This document shows, one piece after another, positions 45,216 to 55,247 of a stretch of 64,000 nucleotides of DNA (the stretch's first letter is position 1; the number at the start of each line of letters is the position of its first letter). This stretch comes from an uncultured delta proteobacterium (GTDB taxonomy: Bacteria > Myxococcota_A > Polyangia > Fen-1088). A program made the translations under genes and the position numbers. Location: NCBI GenBank assembly GCA_963767925.1, contig CAVYGB010000008.1, positions 1,024,001-1,088,000 on the forward strand. The letters run 5' to 3'. The notes below the pieces were generated by a model, which did no database searches, had not been told where the DNA came from, and worked only from the letters and a program-made list of their open reading frames with translations.

Positions 45216-47338
45216 CCGGCGGCGCGGCCTCCGGAGGTCTGTCTCCGCTGGGGCTGTGCCGGCTGCTGATCGGCCTGCGGCTGCGGCTGCTGCGCAACCG
45301 GCTGGCCGGAGGACCCCAGGTCGCCACCGCGCGCCTGGCGGCCCTGGTCGGCTTGCTGGTCCCCCTGGCTTACCTGGGGCTGTTCGCCACCGCCTTCGAG
45401 GTGCTGGGGCTGACCGGCGGCGTGGCGGTGCAGGGGCGGGCGGTCGCGCTCGTGGCCACCGCCATCGCGCTGTCGAGCTGCGCCCTCAAGATCGCCGGGC
45501 GCGAGGCCGTCACCGGGATGGGCGGCGAGAGCGCGTTCCTGCTGACCCGCCCGGTCTCCCTGTCGTCCCTGGTCCTGGCCCGCGGGCTGGCCGGCGTGGC
45601 CACCGACCTCTACGACGCCTTCTTCCTGGTGCCGATCCTCGCCGCCGCGGCCGTCGCCTGGAACCTCGGCCTCGCCGGGTTCTTGCTGGCGGCGGTCGCC
45701 TCGGTGTTCGTGCAGATGGCGGTGACGGCGGTGGCCCTGGCCGCCCAGATCCTCGTCGTCCGCCTCGTCCCGCCTGGCCGCCGCCGGCTGCTCTGGACGG
45801 CCGGCGCGCTCACCGCGGCCGCGGCGATGGCCGGGGTGTGGATGGGCGGCAGCGCGGTCCTGCGGGCGCCGGCCGCGCCCGCGCAGCTCCTCGCCGAGCA
45901 GGCCTGGATCGGGCGCCTCCCGGGTGGCCTCATCGCGGCGCCCCTGGTGGCGTTGCGAGAGGGCGCTCCGCTGCGCGCGGCGGGGGCGTTGCTGGTGCTC
46001 GCGGCCGGCAGCGCGGCCGCCCTGGCCCTCTCCTGGACGCTGGCCCGCCTCTGCGCCCGCGGGGGCTGGGAGCAGGCCGACGCGCCCTGGGTGGGCGGGG
46101 CCCGGCCGGCGGGATCCGGGGCGCGCTTGACCCTGTTCGGGAAGGACTGGCGGCTGTTCCGGCGGGACCCGGTCCGCCTGGCCGCCTTCCTCGCCATGCC
46201 CCTGCTGTTCGTGGGCATGCAGGTGTTCGGCAGCGCGGGCTGGAGCTGGTTGCGGGGGGACGCCACCCGGGTCGCCCTGCTGGCCTATTCCCTGGCCGCT
46301 TACGCCGCCACCTTCGGACCGCTGCAGCACATGGCGGCGGAGGGGCGGGCCTTCTGGATCCTGCGCACGGTCCCGGTTCCGCTCGGGCGGCTGCTCGCCG
46401 GGAAGGCGGCCTTCCAGACCAGCCTGGTGGCCGGGATGGCCGCCGCCGTCTACCTCCTGCTGGCGCTGCTCGCGGGTGTGCCGGCGGGCGCGGCGGCCGT
46501 GGGGCTGGGCCTGCTCGTCGTCGCGGGCGCCGCTGTGGTCTCCTGGCTGGCGGTGGGCCTGGCCGCCGAGGTGGCCGACCTGTCGGACGAGCGCCGGCCC
46601 GGCGTGGGCATAGGCACCACCTATCTGTTCCTGCTCGTGGCGGGGCTGTTCAACGTCGCGCTCCTGCAGCCGAGCCCCGATCGGCTGCGCGCCCTGCTGC
46701 TCTACCTGATCGCCGCCGGGACAGCCTGGACCGCCGGGGTCGAGCGCGCCGCCCTGGCCTTCGACGCCGAGGCCACCCGACGGCGCGTCTTGTCCCCGAC
46801 CGTGGGGGCGCTGGCCGCGGTCTCTCTCTTCCTCGGCGAGCGGGCCACGACCTCCCTGACCGCGACCCTGGGCGGTGCGGAGGTGGCCTGGGCGCAGCTC
46901 GCCTGGATGGTGCTGGTGGGCCTCGCCGCCCTGGCCCATCGGAGGCGCAGCCCGCCGTCCGTGCCACCCCGGGGTGGCGCACTCCGGGCCGGCGTCCTGG
47001 CCCTGGGGGTGGGGCTGCTCGGGGCGCTGGCGGTCCAGCTCTCAGGGCTCGTCCGCCCGGTCGACCTGCCGCTCGCCGCGCTGCTGACACGAGCCCTGGC
47101 GCAGGAGGTGGTCGTCCGGGGGGTGTTCCAGGCCGGTCTGGCCCGCCCCCAGGACGGGGGCTCGCGGCGGGTCGCCGTGGCCGCGGTCTCGGCGCTGGTG
47201 GCCTGGTCGGCCGGCGCCGGCCCGACTTGCATCGCCGCCGTCGCGCCGGCGGCGGTCGCGGCCTTGACCGGCCGGCTGTGGCCCGCGCTCGTGACCCGCG
47301 CGCTCCTGGAGATCCTGTCCGTCGCGCGCCTGGCTTGA
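45212..47338 (+). CDS. Putative ABC exporter permease with a degenerate CPBP-like C-terminus
   Basis: Many TM helices; GTGA-coupled to the ATPase; EGRAFWILRTVP motif; QEVVVRG. Confidence 0.7.
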   Translation: MTGGAASGGLSPLGLCRLLIGLRLRLLRNRLAGGPQVATARLAALVGLLVPLAYLGLFATAFEVLGLTGGVAVQGRAVALVATAIALSSCALKIAGREAVTGMGGESAFLLTRPVSLSSLVLARGLAGVATDLYDAFFLVPILAAAAVAWNLGLAGFLLAAVASVFVQMAVTAVALAAQILVVRLVPPGRRRLLWTAGALTAAAAMAGVWMGGSAVLRAPAAPAQLLAEQAWIGRLPGGLIAAPLVALREGAPLRAAGALLVLAAGSAAALALSWTLARLCARGGWEQADAPWVGGARPAGSGARLTLFGKDWRLFRRDPVRLAAFLAMPLLFVGMQVFGSAGWSWLRGDATRVALLAYSLAAYAATFGPLQHMAAEGRAFWILRTVPVPLGRLLAGKAAFQTSLVAGMAAAVYLLLALLAGVPAGAAAVGLGLLVVAGAAVVSWLAVGLAAEVADLSDERRPGVGIGTTYLFLLVAGLFNVALLQPSPDRLRALLLYLIAAGTAWTAGVERAALAFDAEATRRRVLSPTVGALAAVSLFLGERATTSLTATLGGAEVAWAQLAWMVLVGLAALAHRRRSPPSVPPRGGALRAGVLALGVGLLGALAVQLSGLVRPVDLPLAALLTRALAQEVVVRGVFQAGLARPQDGGSRRVAVAAVSALVAWSAGAGPTCIAAVAPAAVAALTGRLWPALVTRALLEILSVARLA

Positions 47339-47440
47339 TAGCGTGGGCGCTACTTGACGCAGGACAATTACCTGAATCGGCGAACCCTGCCAGGGCCACT
47401 GTCAGGGGTGGATCGTCGCCGGTCCAGCGGTCGCGCTGCG

Positions 47441-49546
47441 ATGAGATGCGCCAGGAGCAGCACCTGGCACCTGGCTCGCGGGCTGACCTTGCTCGGGCTC
47501 CTGGCCTCCTGCGAGGCGCCGCCGGACGGCGGAGGGCCAATCTTTCCGGGCGACGCGGGTAGCCGCGCCCGCCGCCCGGACGGGCCGGTGGGGCGCGAAT
47601 TCGACGCCGGCCGCCTCGACGGCCCCGACCCCACGCGCCTCGACGCGCCGCCGGTCGCTGCGGACGCGCCGCCGCTCGACGCCAATCTCGCGGGGCCTCG
47701 GATGCCACCGCCGGCAGCTTGCCGCCCGGGCGAGCCCGTGCTCGTGGTGGCCGACCGCGAGGTGGCGATCGGCAAGACCGCGGGGGCGGCGCTCCTGGGC
47801 TGCGCGGGACCGCTGCTCGAGGTCTCCTGGACCCAGACCGGCGGTTCCCCGGTGACCCTCCTCGCCGCCCGGACACAGGCGATCAGCTTCGATCCGCCCG
47901 ACCCGGGCGGCTACCGGTTCACCGTCTCCTACCGCACGGCGGACGGGGCCACCGGCAGCCGGACCGCGACCGTCGGCGCCTCGGCGAACCCCTCGAGCAG
48001 CCGCCTCACCGTCCGCAGCGACCAAGCCGTGCGAAAGCGGGGCAATGCCTCGGTCCGCGCCTGGCCGACCCTGGCGGTCGGAGAGGTGATGGCCGGCCTC
48101 ACCTGGCAGCAGCTCGAGGGCCCCGCCGTCAAGCTCGACCTGGCCGACCCCCGCCGGATCGTCTTCGCCGCCCCCGAGGTCGACCGCGACACCCTCCTGC
48201 GGTTTCGGGCCACCGTGCGCACGACCGGCGGGGCCAGCGACAGCGACGACGTGCTCGTCGTGATCGAGGACGCGCCGCAGGCCGCCGACGACGGATTTTT
48301 CGCCCGCATCCACGTGTCGCGGGTCCACCCCTTCCGGCCCGCGGGCCGATACGCCGACCGGCTGACCACCTGCGTGTTCGACGCCCGGCTCGATCCGAGC
48401 AACGGCTGCTCGCTGCAGCGCCTGCCTCTCATCTCCCAGGAGGCCCCGGGCAATCAGCCACCCAGCGTCGACGACATCCTGGCCCGGGTGCTCGTCTCCC
48501 ACGACTTCCTCGGCGCGAGCTTCGAGCAGTTCCTGCGCACCCAGGACCCCGAAGGAGACTTTCGCCGCATGCTGGGGGCGGTCACCGCGGTCGTCATCGG
48601 GGCCCACGTGCGGCCGCCGATCTACTACGGCGCCACCGGGGCCATCTACCTCGACGCCACCGACCTGTGGCTGACCGCCGACCAGCGGGACCTGATCGAC
48701 GAGGCGCCCGATTACCGCCTGGGCTTCGGCGACGGCCTCACGTTCTCCGGGCTGACGCGCTGGACGGTGGCGAACGACTTCGCCTGGCCCTTTTACCGCC
48801 GGGACACCCGGGCCAGCCGGAGCGTCGCCGCGCTGACCAACGAGTTCGGCCGCGTCCTCTACCACGAGCTGACCCACGCCGCCGACTTCTTCCCGCCCGC
48901 GCTCCACGGCTCGCTCGACACGAGCAAGACGCCCAACGACCTGTACCTGCCCCGCTTCCGCGCCGGGCAGCTCCCGTCCTCCCTCCTGGCGAACCGGATA
49001 CCCCTGCAGTCGGCCGAGATGAAGGCGCTCGGCCAGGTGCTGTTTGCCGGCGCGATGGCCAGCGACAGCCAGAAGGGGTTCCCGCCCGCCCAGGTGGCGG
49101 ACTTCTTCCGCAGCGACCAGGCCAACGACACCTACAGCTACGCGACCTCCCGGGAGGACCTCGCGATGCTGGTCGAGGAGTTCATGATGGCGCACCGGCG
49201 CGAGGTCCGCCGCGACGTGGCCATCACGAACAAGTACCGGACCGGGATCCCCAGCGACCAGCTCATCGTGGCCTGGGGGCAACGTGGTCGCATCGGGGAG
49301 GCGGCGATAAAGGCCCGGGTTCGGTTCGCTCTGGGACAGATCCTGCCCTGGGTCGACCCGGTCCAGGTCGACCGCCTGCCGCCGCCGCTCGCGATGCCGG
49401 CCGGGAGTAGCTGGTACGCCACCGTCCGGCTGCCGGTAGCGCCCCCGCCCGGGACCGCGTTCCGGCTCGGTCCCGGCGACGAGGAGCGGGCCCTGCTGGA
49501 GCAGGAGCTGGCCCGGCAGGCCCGGCACCGGGCCGCGCTCCCCTGA
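47441..49546 (+). CDS. Lipoprotein with PKD/REJ-like domains and an HExxH motif
   Basis: Lipobox LASC; WTQTGG and WQQLEGP Ig/PKD motifs; YHELTH and REDLAM. Confidence 0.75.
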   Translation: MRCARSSTWHLARGLTLLGLLASCEAPPDGGGPIFPGDAGSRARRPDGPVGREFDAGRLDGPDPTRLDAPPVAADAPPLDANLAGPRMPPPAACRPGEPVLVVADREVAIGKTAGAALLGCAGPLLEVSWTQTGGSPVTLLAARTQAISFDPPDPGGYRFTVSYRTADGATGSRTATVGASANPSSSRLTVRSDQAVRKRGNASVRAWPTLAVGEVMAGLTWQQLEGPAVKLDLADPRRIVFAAPEVDRDTLLRFRATVRTTGGASDSDDVLVVIEDAPQAADDGFFARIHVSRVHPFRPAGRYADRLTTCVFDARLDPSNGCSLQRLPLISQEAPGNQPPSVDDILARVLVSHDFLGASFEQFLRTQDPEGDFRRMLGAVTAVVIGAHVRPPIYYGATGAIYLDATDLWLTADQRDLIDEAPDYRLGFGDGLTFSGLTRWTVANDFAWPFYRRDTRASRSVAALTNEFGRVLYHELTHAADFFPPALHGSLDTSKTPNDLYLPRFRAGQLPSSLLANRIPLQSAEMKALGQVLFAGAMASDSQKGFPPAQVADFFRSDQANDTYSYATSREDLAMLVEEFMMAHRREVRRDVAITNKYRTGIPSDQLIVAWGQRGRIGEAAIKARVRFALGQILPWVDPVQVDRLPPPLAMPAGSSWYATVRLPVAPPPGTAFRLGPGDEERALLEQELARQARHRAALP

Positions 49547-49548
49547 TC

Positions 49549-50019
49549 CTAGCGCTTGCGCGCCGAGCGGGCGCGGGCGGCGGCCGGTCTCGCCGCAGCC
49601 ACCAGCCGGTGGCTCTCCTCCACCAGGGCCTCCACCTCGGCCCAGTCCACCTTCTTGCTGAGGTCGAGCGACACCCAGCCGTGTTTTCCGACGTAGGCGG
49701 CGATCGTGAAGCGTTCGTCCGAGCTCACCAGCGCCGCCTGCAGATCGAAGCTCGTCTTGACCGATATCGACGCCGTCTCCTCGTCGGCCCCGAAGCCGGC
49801 GAAGATCTTGCCCGCTACCCGGAAGGTGGGGTGGCCCCAGGCCTCCACCTCGGTGCTGTCGGGCAGCGACAGGCAGATCGGTCGCAGCTTCGCCAGCAAG
49901 CGCCGCGCGAGCGGGGAGCTGTCCAGCTTGGCGGGTTTCTTGGCTGGAGGGGCGGCCCTGGCGGGGGGAGGGGGGGCGGGCCTGGCGCGGGCCGGAGGGG
50001 CTTTCTTCTTGGCAGGCAT
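49549..50019 (-). CDS. MmcQ/YjbR family protein
   Basis: CLSLP..E..WGHPTFRV.GKIFA, AYVGKHGWV and LVEES motifs. Confidence 0.88.
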   Translation of the reverse strand: MPAKKKAPPARARPAPPPPARAAPPAKKPAKLDSSPLARRLLAKLRPICLSLPDSTEVEAWGHPTFRVAGKIFAGFGADEETASISVKTSFDLQAALVSSDERFTIAAYVGKHGWVSLDLSKKVDWAEVEALVEESHRLVAAARPAAARARSARKR

Positions 50020-50052
50020 GCGGACAGGTTACGTCAGGAGACCCGTGGCCGG

Positions 50053-51201
50053 TCAGGGTGCGCCGGCCCCCGACCGCCGGGAGCAGTGGCTGGCGGCGGT
50101 GCCACCCAGACAGATGCCGGCCGGCGCGCAGGGCGCGTCCGAATCGCAGGGCTTGGGCGCGCACAGGGTGGCCGCGCCGGCGCCGCCCGAGGCGGCCTCC
50201 CAGCCCAGAGGACCCGCCCGCCCGGGGGGCGCGCAAGCGAGCAGGGGGTCGCCCCGACAGGCTTCGGGCGTGTCGCAGGGGCGCAGGCAGAGCTTGCGTC
50301 CATCCCGGAAGGAAGCGCAGGTGGTCCCGGTGGGGCAGGTTCGCCCGGTGCAGTCGAACGAGCAGACGCCGAGGGCGCCGAGATCGGCGCAGAGGCCGCT
50401 CAGGCACAGGTCCTTCTGGGGCTCGCCGGTGCCACCGCGGCAGGCGGCCCCCAGCTCCCCGGGGAATCGATAGAAGCAGGCCCGCTCCCAGCGCTCGGGC
50501 GTTTCCGCCGCGGGCAGGGCCCGGCAGGCCTGACCGGTGGCGCAGTCGCCGTCGTCGGTGCAGCGCCGGAGGCAGCGCCGTCCTCGCCAGGCCTCGCCCT
50601 CGGCCGAGGCGGGGTCGGCGCCCAGCCCCAGGTCGGCGCAGAAGGCGTTCTCCGGGCAACCGGCGCCTCCCTCACAGGCCTGGGTGCACAGCCCGCGCGG
50701 GAAGGCGCTGGGGCACTGTGAGGCCAGGCCACAGAGACAGGAAAACCCCGGCTCGCACTGCCGCTCGAGGTCGCAGACTCCGCCGAGGGGGTTGGGCGTG
50801 ACAACCACGAACGCCTTGCGCGTCTGCATGGCCAGGGCGGGCGCGCCGAGCAGGCTGACGTCGTAGCTCTCGGGGAGGGTATAGGTGTGCGTAGGCAGAG
50901 CCTCGAACGACTTGGCCAGGTCTCCGAAGTCCCAGAGGAAGCGGGTGACCACCCCGGACGTGATGGGGACGAAGGTCAGGGTCAGCGGCGCGGGCCCGCG
51001 ACACCGCGGAACGCTGGCATCGAAGTCGGGGCAGCCGATCACGGTGAAGTCCACCGCCAGCACCGTGGGCGGGCCGTCGGGTGACGGCGTGTCGAAAGGA
51101 CTGTCGACGGCGGCATCGACAACCGCCCCCGTCTCTCCCGAGCAGGACGCTGGCAACGCCCCGAGCAGGGCGAGCGCGGCAGGGGCAGCGCAGCGGCGCA
51201 T
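50053..51201 (-). CDS. PKD-domain lipoprotein with Cys-rich repeats
   Basis: WDFGD...PTHTY..P..YDVSL; many C..D.DC..G..C modules. Confidence 0.82.
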   Translation of the reverse strand: MRRCAAPAALALLGALPASCSGETGAVVDAAVDSPFDTPSPDGPPTVLAVDFTVIGCPDFDASVPRCRGPAPLTLTFVPITSGVVTRFLWDFGDLAKSFEALPTHTYTLPESYDVSLLGAPALAMQTRKAFVVVTPNPLGGVCDLERQCEPGFSCLCGLASQCPSAFPRGLCTQACEGGAGCPENAFCADLGLGADPASAEGEAWRGRRCLRRCTDDGDCATGQACRALPAAETPERWERACFYRFPGELGAACRGGTGEPQKDLCLSGLCADLGALGVCSFDCTGRTCPTGTTCASFRDGRKLCLRPCDTPEACRGDPLLACAPPGRAGPLGWEAASGGAGAATLCAPKPCDSDAPCAPAGICLGGTAASHCSRRSGAGAP

Positions 51202-51428
51202 GGACCCTATAATCGTCCCGGGTAACCGTGCCGACGTCAAACGGTCCATGGATCGAAACGGGCTGCTTTCACCCTGCGCGTTAGCTGGTCGCAAACTGCC
51301 AAGGTTCTTCCTGTCGGGCGGCTCACGTGTGAAAAGGGTTGTCTCACCGACGGTTGGCAGGTCCCTGGGACCGGGCTAACATCAACCATCATTGGGCCCC
51401 CGCCGGGTCTAGAAAAAGGAGTGGGGGG

Positions 51429-52481
51429 TTGTCCGGGACAGGCAAGAACGGCGCACGCAAAGAATCCGACTTGAGCACCATCGGCTGGGTTGGACTGCGC
51501 CTTCTGCTGGAGAAATCTCCTTCCATCCTCTGGACCACCGACCGCGAGCTGCGCGTGGCCCGCAGCCTGGGCTCGGGGCTCACCGCCCTGGGTCTGCGGC
51601 CCGGCGACTCCGATGGGCTGACGATCTACGAGTTCTTCGGCAACCGCGACGACAGCTTTCCTCCCCTGGCGGCCCACGTCGCCGCCCTGCGCGGCGAGTC
51701 CCGCGACCTCGAGTACCGCTGGAACGGGCGGCTCCTGGGGCTGCACATCGAACCGCTGCGCGACGAGGGAGGCCATTGCATCGGGGTGGTGGGGGTCGGT
51801 CTCGATATCACCGATCGGCGTGATGGCGCCGGCGAGACCCGCCAGCTCCAGGGGGAGGCGGAGGAGGCACGCAACGACCCCGCGCTGTACCAGCTCCTCC
51901 GGTTGCGCCTGGCCGAGCTGTCCGAGGTTCTCACCAGTGTCCTGGACAACGCCGAGAGGCTGGCCAGCCACGGCGTGGGCCACCAGTCCGAGCCCCTCAT
52001 CCAGCTCACCCGGAAGGCCGGGCGCGGCGCGGGCCTGCTGCAAGAGTTGCAGCAAGCCCTGCTCGATCAGCCCCGGTCGGAGAAGCCAGCCGCGGTCGTC
52101 CTGCCGGCCGATGGCGGCGAGACCATCCTCCTCGTCGACGACGAGCCACAGGTCCGCGGCTTCGTCCGCCGGGCCCTGGAGGAGCACGGCTACCGGGTGC
52201 TGGAGACGTCGGCGGTGGACGAGGCGCTGGCGCTCGGCGCCTCTTACCCGGGGCGGATTCACCTGCTGCTGACCGACGTTGTGTTGCCGGGGATGAGCGG
52301 GCCCCAGCTCGCCGCCCGGCTCGCTCCCCTGCGCCCGGAGATGCGGATCCTGTACATGACGGGCTACGCCGACGACGCCATCGTGCACAGGGGCGTCATC
52401 TCGGCCGGCCAGGCCCTGCTGGTCAAGCCCTTCACCTCGCTGGGCCTGGCCCACGAAGTGAAGAAGGCCCTTCGCAACTGA
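51429..52481 (+). CDS. PAS plus degenerate HisKA plus receiver-domain protein
   Basis: PAS (ILWTTD...PLRDEGG..IGVVG..LDITDR); REC (LVDDE, LLTDVVLPGMSG, MTGY, KPF). Start uncertain. Confidence 0.85.
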   Translation: MSGTGKNGARKESDLSTIGWVGLRLLLEKSPSILWTTDRELRVARSLGSGLTALGLRPGDSDGLTIYEFFGNRDDSFPPLAAHVAALRGESRDLEYRWNGRLLGLHIEPLRDEGGHCIGVVGVGLDITDRRDGAGETRQLQGEAEEARNDPALYQLLRLRLAELSEVLTSVLDNAERLASHGVGHQSEPLIQLTRKAGRGAGLLQELQQALLDQPRSEKPAAVVLPADGGETILLVDDEPQVRGFVRRALEEHGYRVLETSAVDEALALGASYPGRIHLLLTDVVLPGMSGPQLAARLAPLRPEMRILYMTGYADDAIVHRGVISAGQALLVKPFTSLGLAHEVKKALRN

Positions 52482-52497
52482 GCCGCCCCGAAGCTGG

Positions 52498-53715
52498 TCA
52501 GTCGGAGGGGCCGACGTGGAGCTGGCAGACCTCGAGGTAACGCGAGTCGAGCCAGTCGGGTGGCGTCGGGTAGTCCGGAGGCAGGCCACCTAGCTCGAGC
52601 AGGGCGCCTCGCCGACCCGCCCGGCGCAGCCCGAGCGCGACGTGCTCGAGCACCGAGGGGCCCCGCCGCGGATTGCCCGAGACCCAGAGCAGCCCACCGC
52701 TGGCCGGGAGCAGCTTGGCTCCCAGGGCGATCAGATCCGGATAGTCCCGCTTCATCGACCAGGACGAGGCCCGCGCCGCCGAGACCGTCGGTGGGTCGAA
52801 GATGATGGTGTCGTATTCGACCTTGCGCTCCTCGGCCTTCTCGAGAAAGCGCCGGACGTCGGAGGTCTCGAACCGGAAACGACTGTCCTTGGGGTCGAGG
52901 CCCGCCAGCCGGAAGTTCTCCTCTGCCCAGGCCAGCACACCGGACGAGAGATCGACGCTGGTGACCTCGGTGGCCCCGGCCAGCGCCGCCGCCACCGATA
53001 GTGCGCCGGTGTAGGCGAACGTGTTGAGCACCCGCCGCCCGGCGGTGAAGCGGGCGATGTTGCGCCGTTGCTCGCGCATATCGGTGAACAACCCGACGTT
53101 GAGCGCGCCCAGCAGGTGCACCTCGAACGGCACGCCCCGCTCCCGCACGACGAGCTTGCGGGGCGGCTCCTCGCCGAGGATCTCCTCCTTGGCCGAGCGG
53201 TCCTGGGGGTCCTTGCCCCGCACCTTGATCACCGCGCCCTGCCAGCCCTGTCCCCCTTCGCGCCCGAGCTCGAGCGCCGCCTCCCCCAGCGTGCGGCCGA
53301 TCGGCAGGAGGCCCCGGGAGGGAACCGACACGACGAGGTAGCTCCCGTAGACGTCGGCGGTCAGGCCGGGGAGCCCATCGCCCTCGGCGTTGACCAGCCG
53401 CCAGGCCTCGTCGGTCCGGTCACCCACCCCCGCCAGCCCCACCGCCTGCCGCAGGGACAGGGCGGTCTTCAGGCGGGTCCGGAAGAAGGCGCCGTCGAAG
53501 CCGCGCACCTCGTGCCGGCTGAAGACGCGGACCAGCCCGTTCTCCGGATCGGCCACCCCGCAGGCCACCACCGCGGCGTCCCGGTCGATGAGGCGCACCG
53601 GGCGGCCCGGCTCCAGCTCCTTGCCGAGCGCCAGCTCCTCCACCCGCAGCTCGGGAGCCCCGCTCTCGAGCCGGATGCGGGCCGTCTCCGGCAAGCTGAT
53701 TCCGAACAGGGCCAT
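52498..53715 (-). CDS. RlmI/RlmK-family SAM-dependent rRNA methyltransferase
   Basis: NAEGDGLPGL..D.Y, GLFTDMRE.R, VLNTFAYTG, VDLS and DPP motifs. Confidence 0.88.
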   Translation of the reverse strand: MALFGISLPETARIRLESGAPELRVEELALGKELEPGRPVRLIDRDAAVVACGVADPENGLVRVFSRHEVRGFDGAFFRTRLKTALSLRQAVGLAGVGDRTDEAWRLVNAEGDGLPGLTADVYGSYLVVSVPSRGLLPIGRTLGEAALELGREGGQGWQGAVIKVRGKDPQDRSAKEEILGEEPPRKLVVRERGVPFEVHLLGALNVGLFTDMREQRRNIARFTAGRRVLNTFAYTGALSVAAALAGATEVTSVDLSSGVLAWAEENFRLAGLDPKDSRFRFETSDVRRFLEKAEERKVEYDTIIFDPPTVSAARASSWSMKRDYPDLIALGAKLLPASGGLLWVSGNPRRGPSVLEHVALGLRRAGRRGALLELGGLPPDYPTPPDWLDSRYLEVCQLHVGPSD

Positions 53716-53719
53716 CGTC

Positions 53720-55204
53720 TCAGCCCACCGCTCCGGCGGAGACCGGCCCGGGCAGGACGATCTCGTCGCGGTGTCCCTCGCTCCGGAGCGTGGGGGAGGG
53801 CGCCTTGCCCAGCATCTCGCGCAGGGCGGGCTCCAGCTCCGGATGCTGAAAGCGAAAGCCAGCCGCCAGCAGCGCCCGGGGCAAGACCCGGGCGCCCCCC
53901 AGGACGATCGAATCGGCCATCTCTGCGCCGAACAGCAGCCGCAGGGCGAAGGCGGGGACCGGCAGGGCCGCCGGTCGCCCGAGCACGCCGGCCAGGGTGC
54001 GGGTGAAATCCGCGTTCGTCACCGGCTCGGGCGCTGTCACGTTGACCGGACCTCGCAGCCGGTCGTCGTGCAGCATCTGGTAGAGGGCGCCGACGGCATC
54101 GTCGAGGGCCACCCAGCTCATCGGCTGACGGCCGCTGCCGAGCCTGCCCCCCACCCCCGCCCGGAATGGCGTGAGGAAGCGGGGCAGGGCACCGTCGTTC
54201 GGATCGAGCACCGCCCCGAAGCGCGGGTGGACCACCCGGATCCCGCGCGCCGCGGCCGGCGCGGCGGCCGCCTCCCAGGCCGCGGCCACCTCGGCAAGGT
54301 AGTCTCCGGCGGTAGGAGCGGTCTCGTCGAGCGGCGCGTCGGTCGTCGTCCCGTAGATGTTGATCCCCGAGGCGCTCACCAGCACCTTCGGCGGCCGGAG
54401 CAACGAGGCCAGGGCCTCCGCCAGCAGGGACGTCCCCCGCACGCGGCTCTCCCGGATCCGCCGCTTGCGCTCCGCGGTCCAGCGGCCGCCCGCCACGCTC
54501 TCGCCGGCGAGGTGCACGACGGCCCCTAGCCCCTCGAGCGCCTGGGGGTCGAGCTGGCCCCCCTCGGGATCCCAGGCCACCTCGTCGGGACCGAGCTCCG
54601 ACCCGGGACCGCGCCCGCGGACCAGCCGGATCACCCGGTGGCCGGCCGTGCCGAGGAAGGCGGCCAGCGTGCGACCCAGCAGGCCCGACGACCCGCTGAT
54701 CGCGACCGGCAAGCGCTCGCTGTCTCCGGCGGCCGCCTGGCGCGACAGGTCGCGTGCCGTCTGACGGTGGCGGTAAGCGAAGGTGGACACCAGGCGCTCG
54801 CGCAGGAGGACCGGCCCGAGCCAATCACCGAGAGCCCCCGCGGGGAGCTGGTAGCGGATCCGATCTTCCAGCCAGGCCGCGCTGGTGCCGTCGGGTTCGA
54901 CCCGGTGGCGGTGCTCCCAGGCGGCGAAGGGACCCTGGAGCTGGCGATCGTTGAACTCCAGGCCGTCGCGGAAGCCGAAGTGCTCGACCTCCCAGCGCAG
55001 CGGCACCGGTCCCATCTTCATGCGCAGCGAGACGCGGCCGCCGTCGGAGACGCCGCCTTTCCGGGCCAGCACCTCCACCGGATCCCAGGGCGGCGTCAGC
55101 CGCTCGAACGCCCCGGGCCGGGTGTGCCAGGTGAAGACGGTCGGCGCCGGAAAAGGCAACCGCGAGCGCACGAGCAGCTCGCGGGTGGGTTGGGTGGACG
55201 ACAC
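53720..55204 (-). CDS. TIGR01777 (YfcH-like) NAD-binding epimerase with N-terminal SRPBCC domain
   Basis: WHTRPGAFERLTPPW...GPFAAWEH.H; SGSSGLLG, HLAGE, GSGRQPMSWV and GPVN..APEPV motifs. Confidence 0.9.
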   Translation of the reverse strand: MSSTQPTRELLVRSRLPFPAPTVFTWHTRPGAFERLTPPWDPVEVLARKGGVSDGGRVSLRMKMGPVPLRWEVEHFGFRDGLEFNDRQLQGPFAAWEHRHRVEPDGTSAAWLEDRIRYQLPAGALGDWLGPVLLRERLVSTFAYRHRQTARDLSRQAAAGDSERLPVAISGSSGLLGRTLAAFLGTAGHRVIRLVRGRGPGSELGPDEVAWDPEGGQLDPQALEGLGAVVHLAGESVAGGRWTAERKRRIRESRVRGTSLLAEALASLLRPPKVLVSASGINIYGTTTDAPLDETAPTAGDYLAEVAAAWEAAAAPAAARGIRVVHPRFGAVLDPNDGALPRFLTPFRAGVGGRLGSGRQPMSWVALDDAVGALYQMLHDDRLRGPVNVTAPEPVTNADFTRTLAGVLGRPAALPVPAFALRLLFGAEMADSIVLGGARVLPRALLAAGFRFQHPELEPALREMLGKAPSPTLRSEGHRDEIVLPGPVSAGAVG

Positions 55205-55247
55205 GGGAGCGGGACGTTAGCGGCCGCCGCCGCACCTGTCGAGAGCC

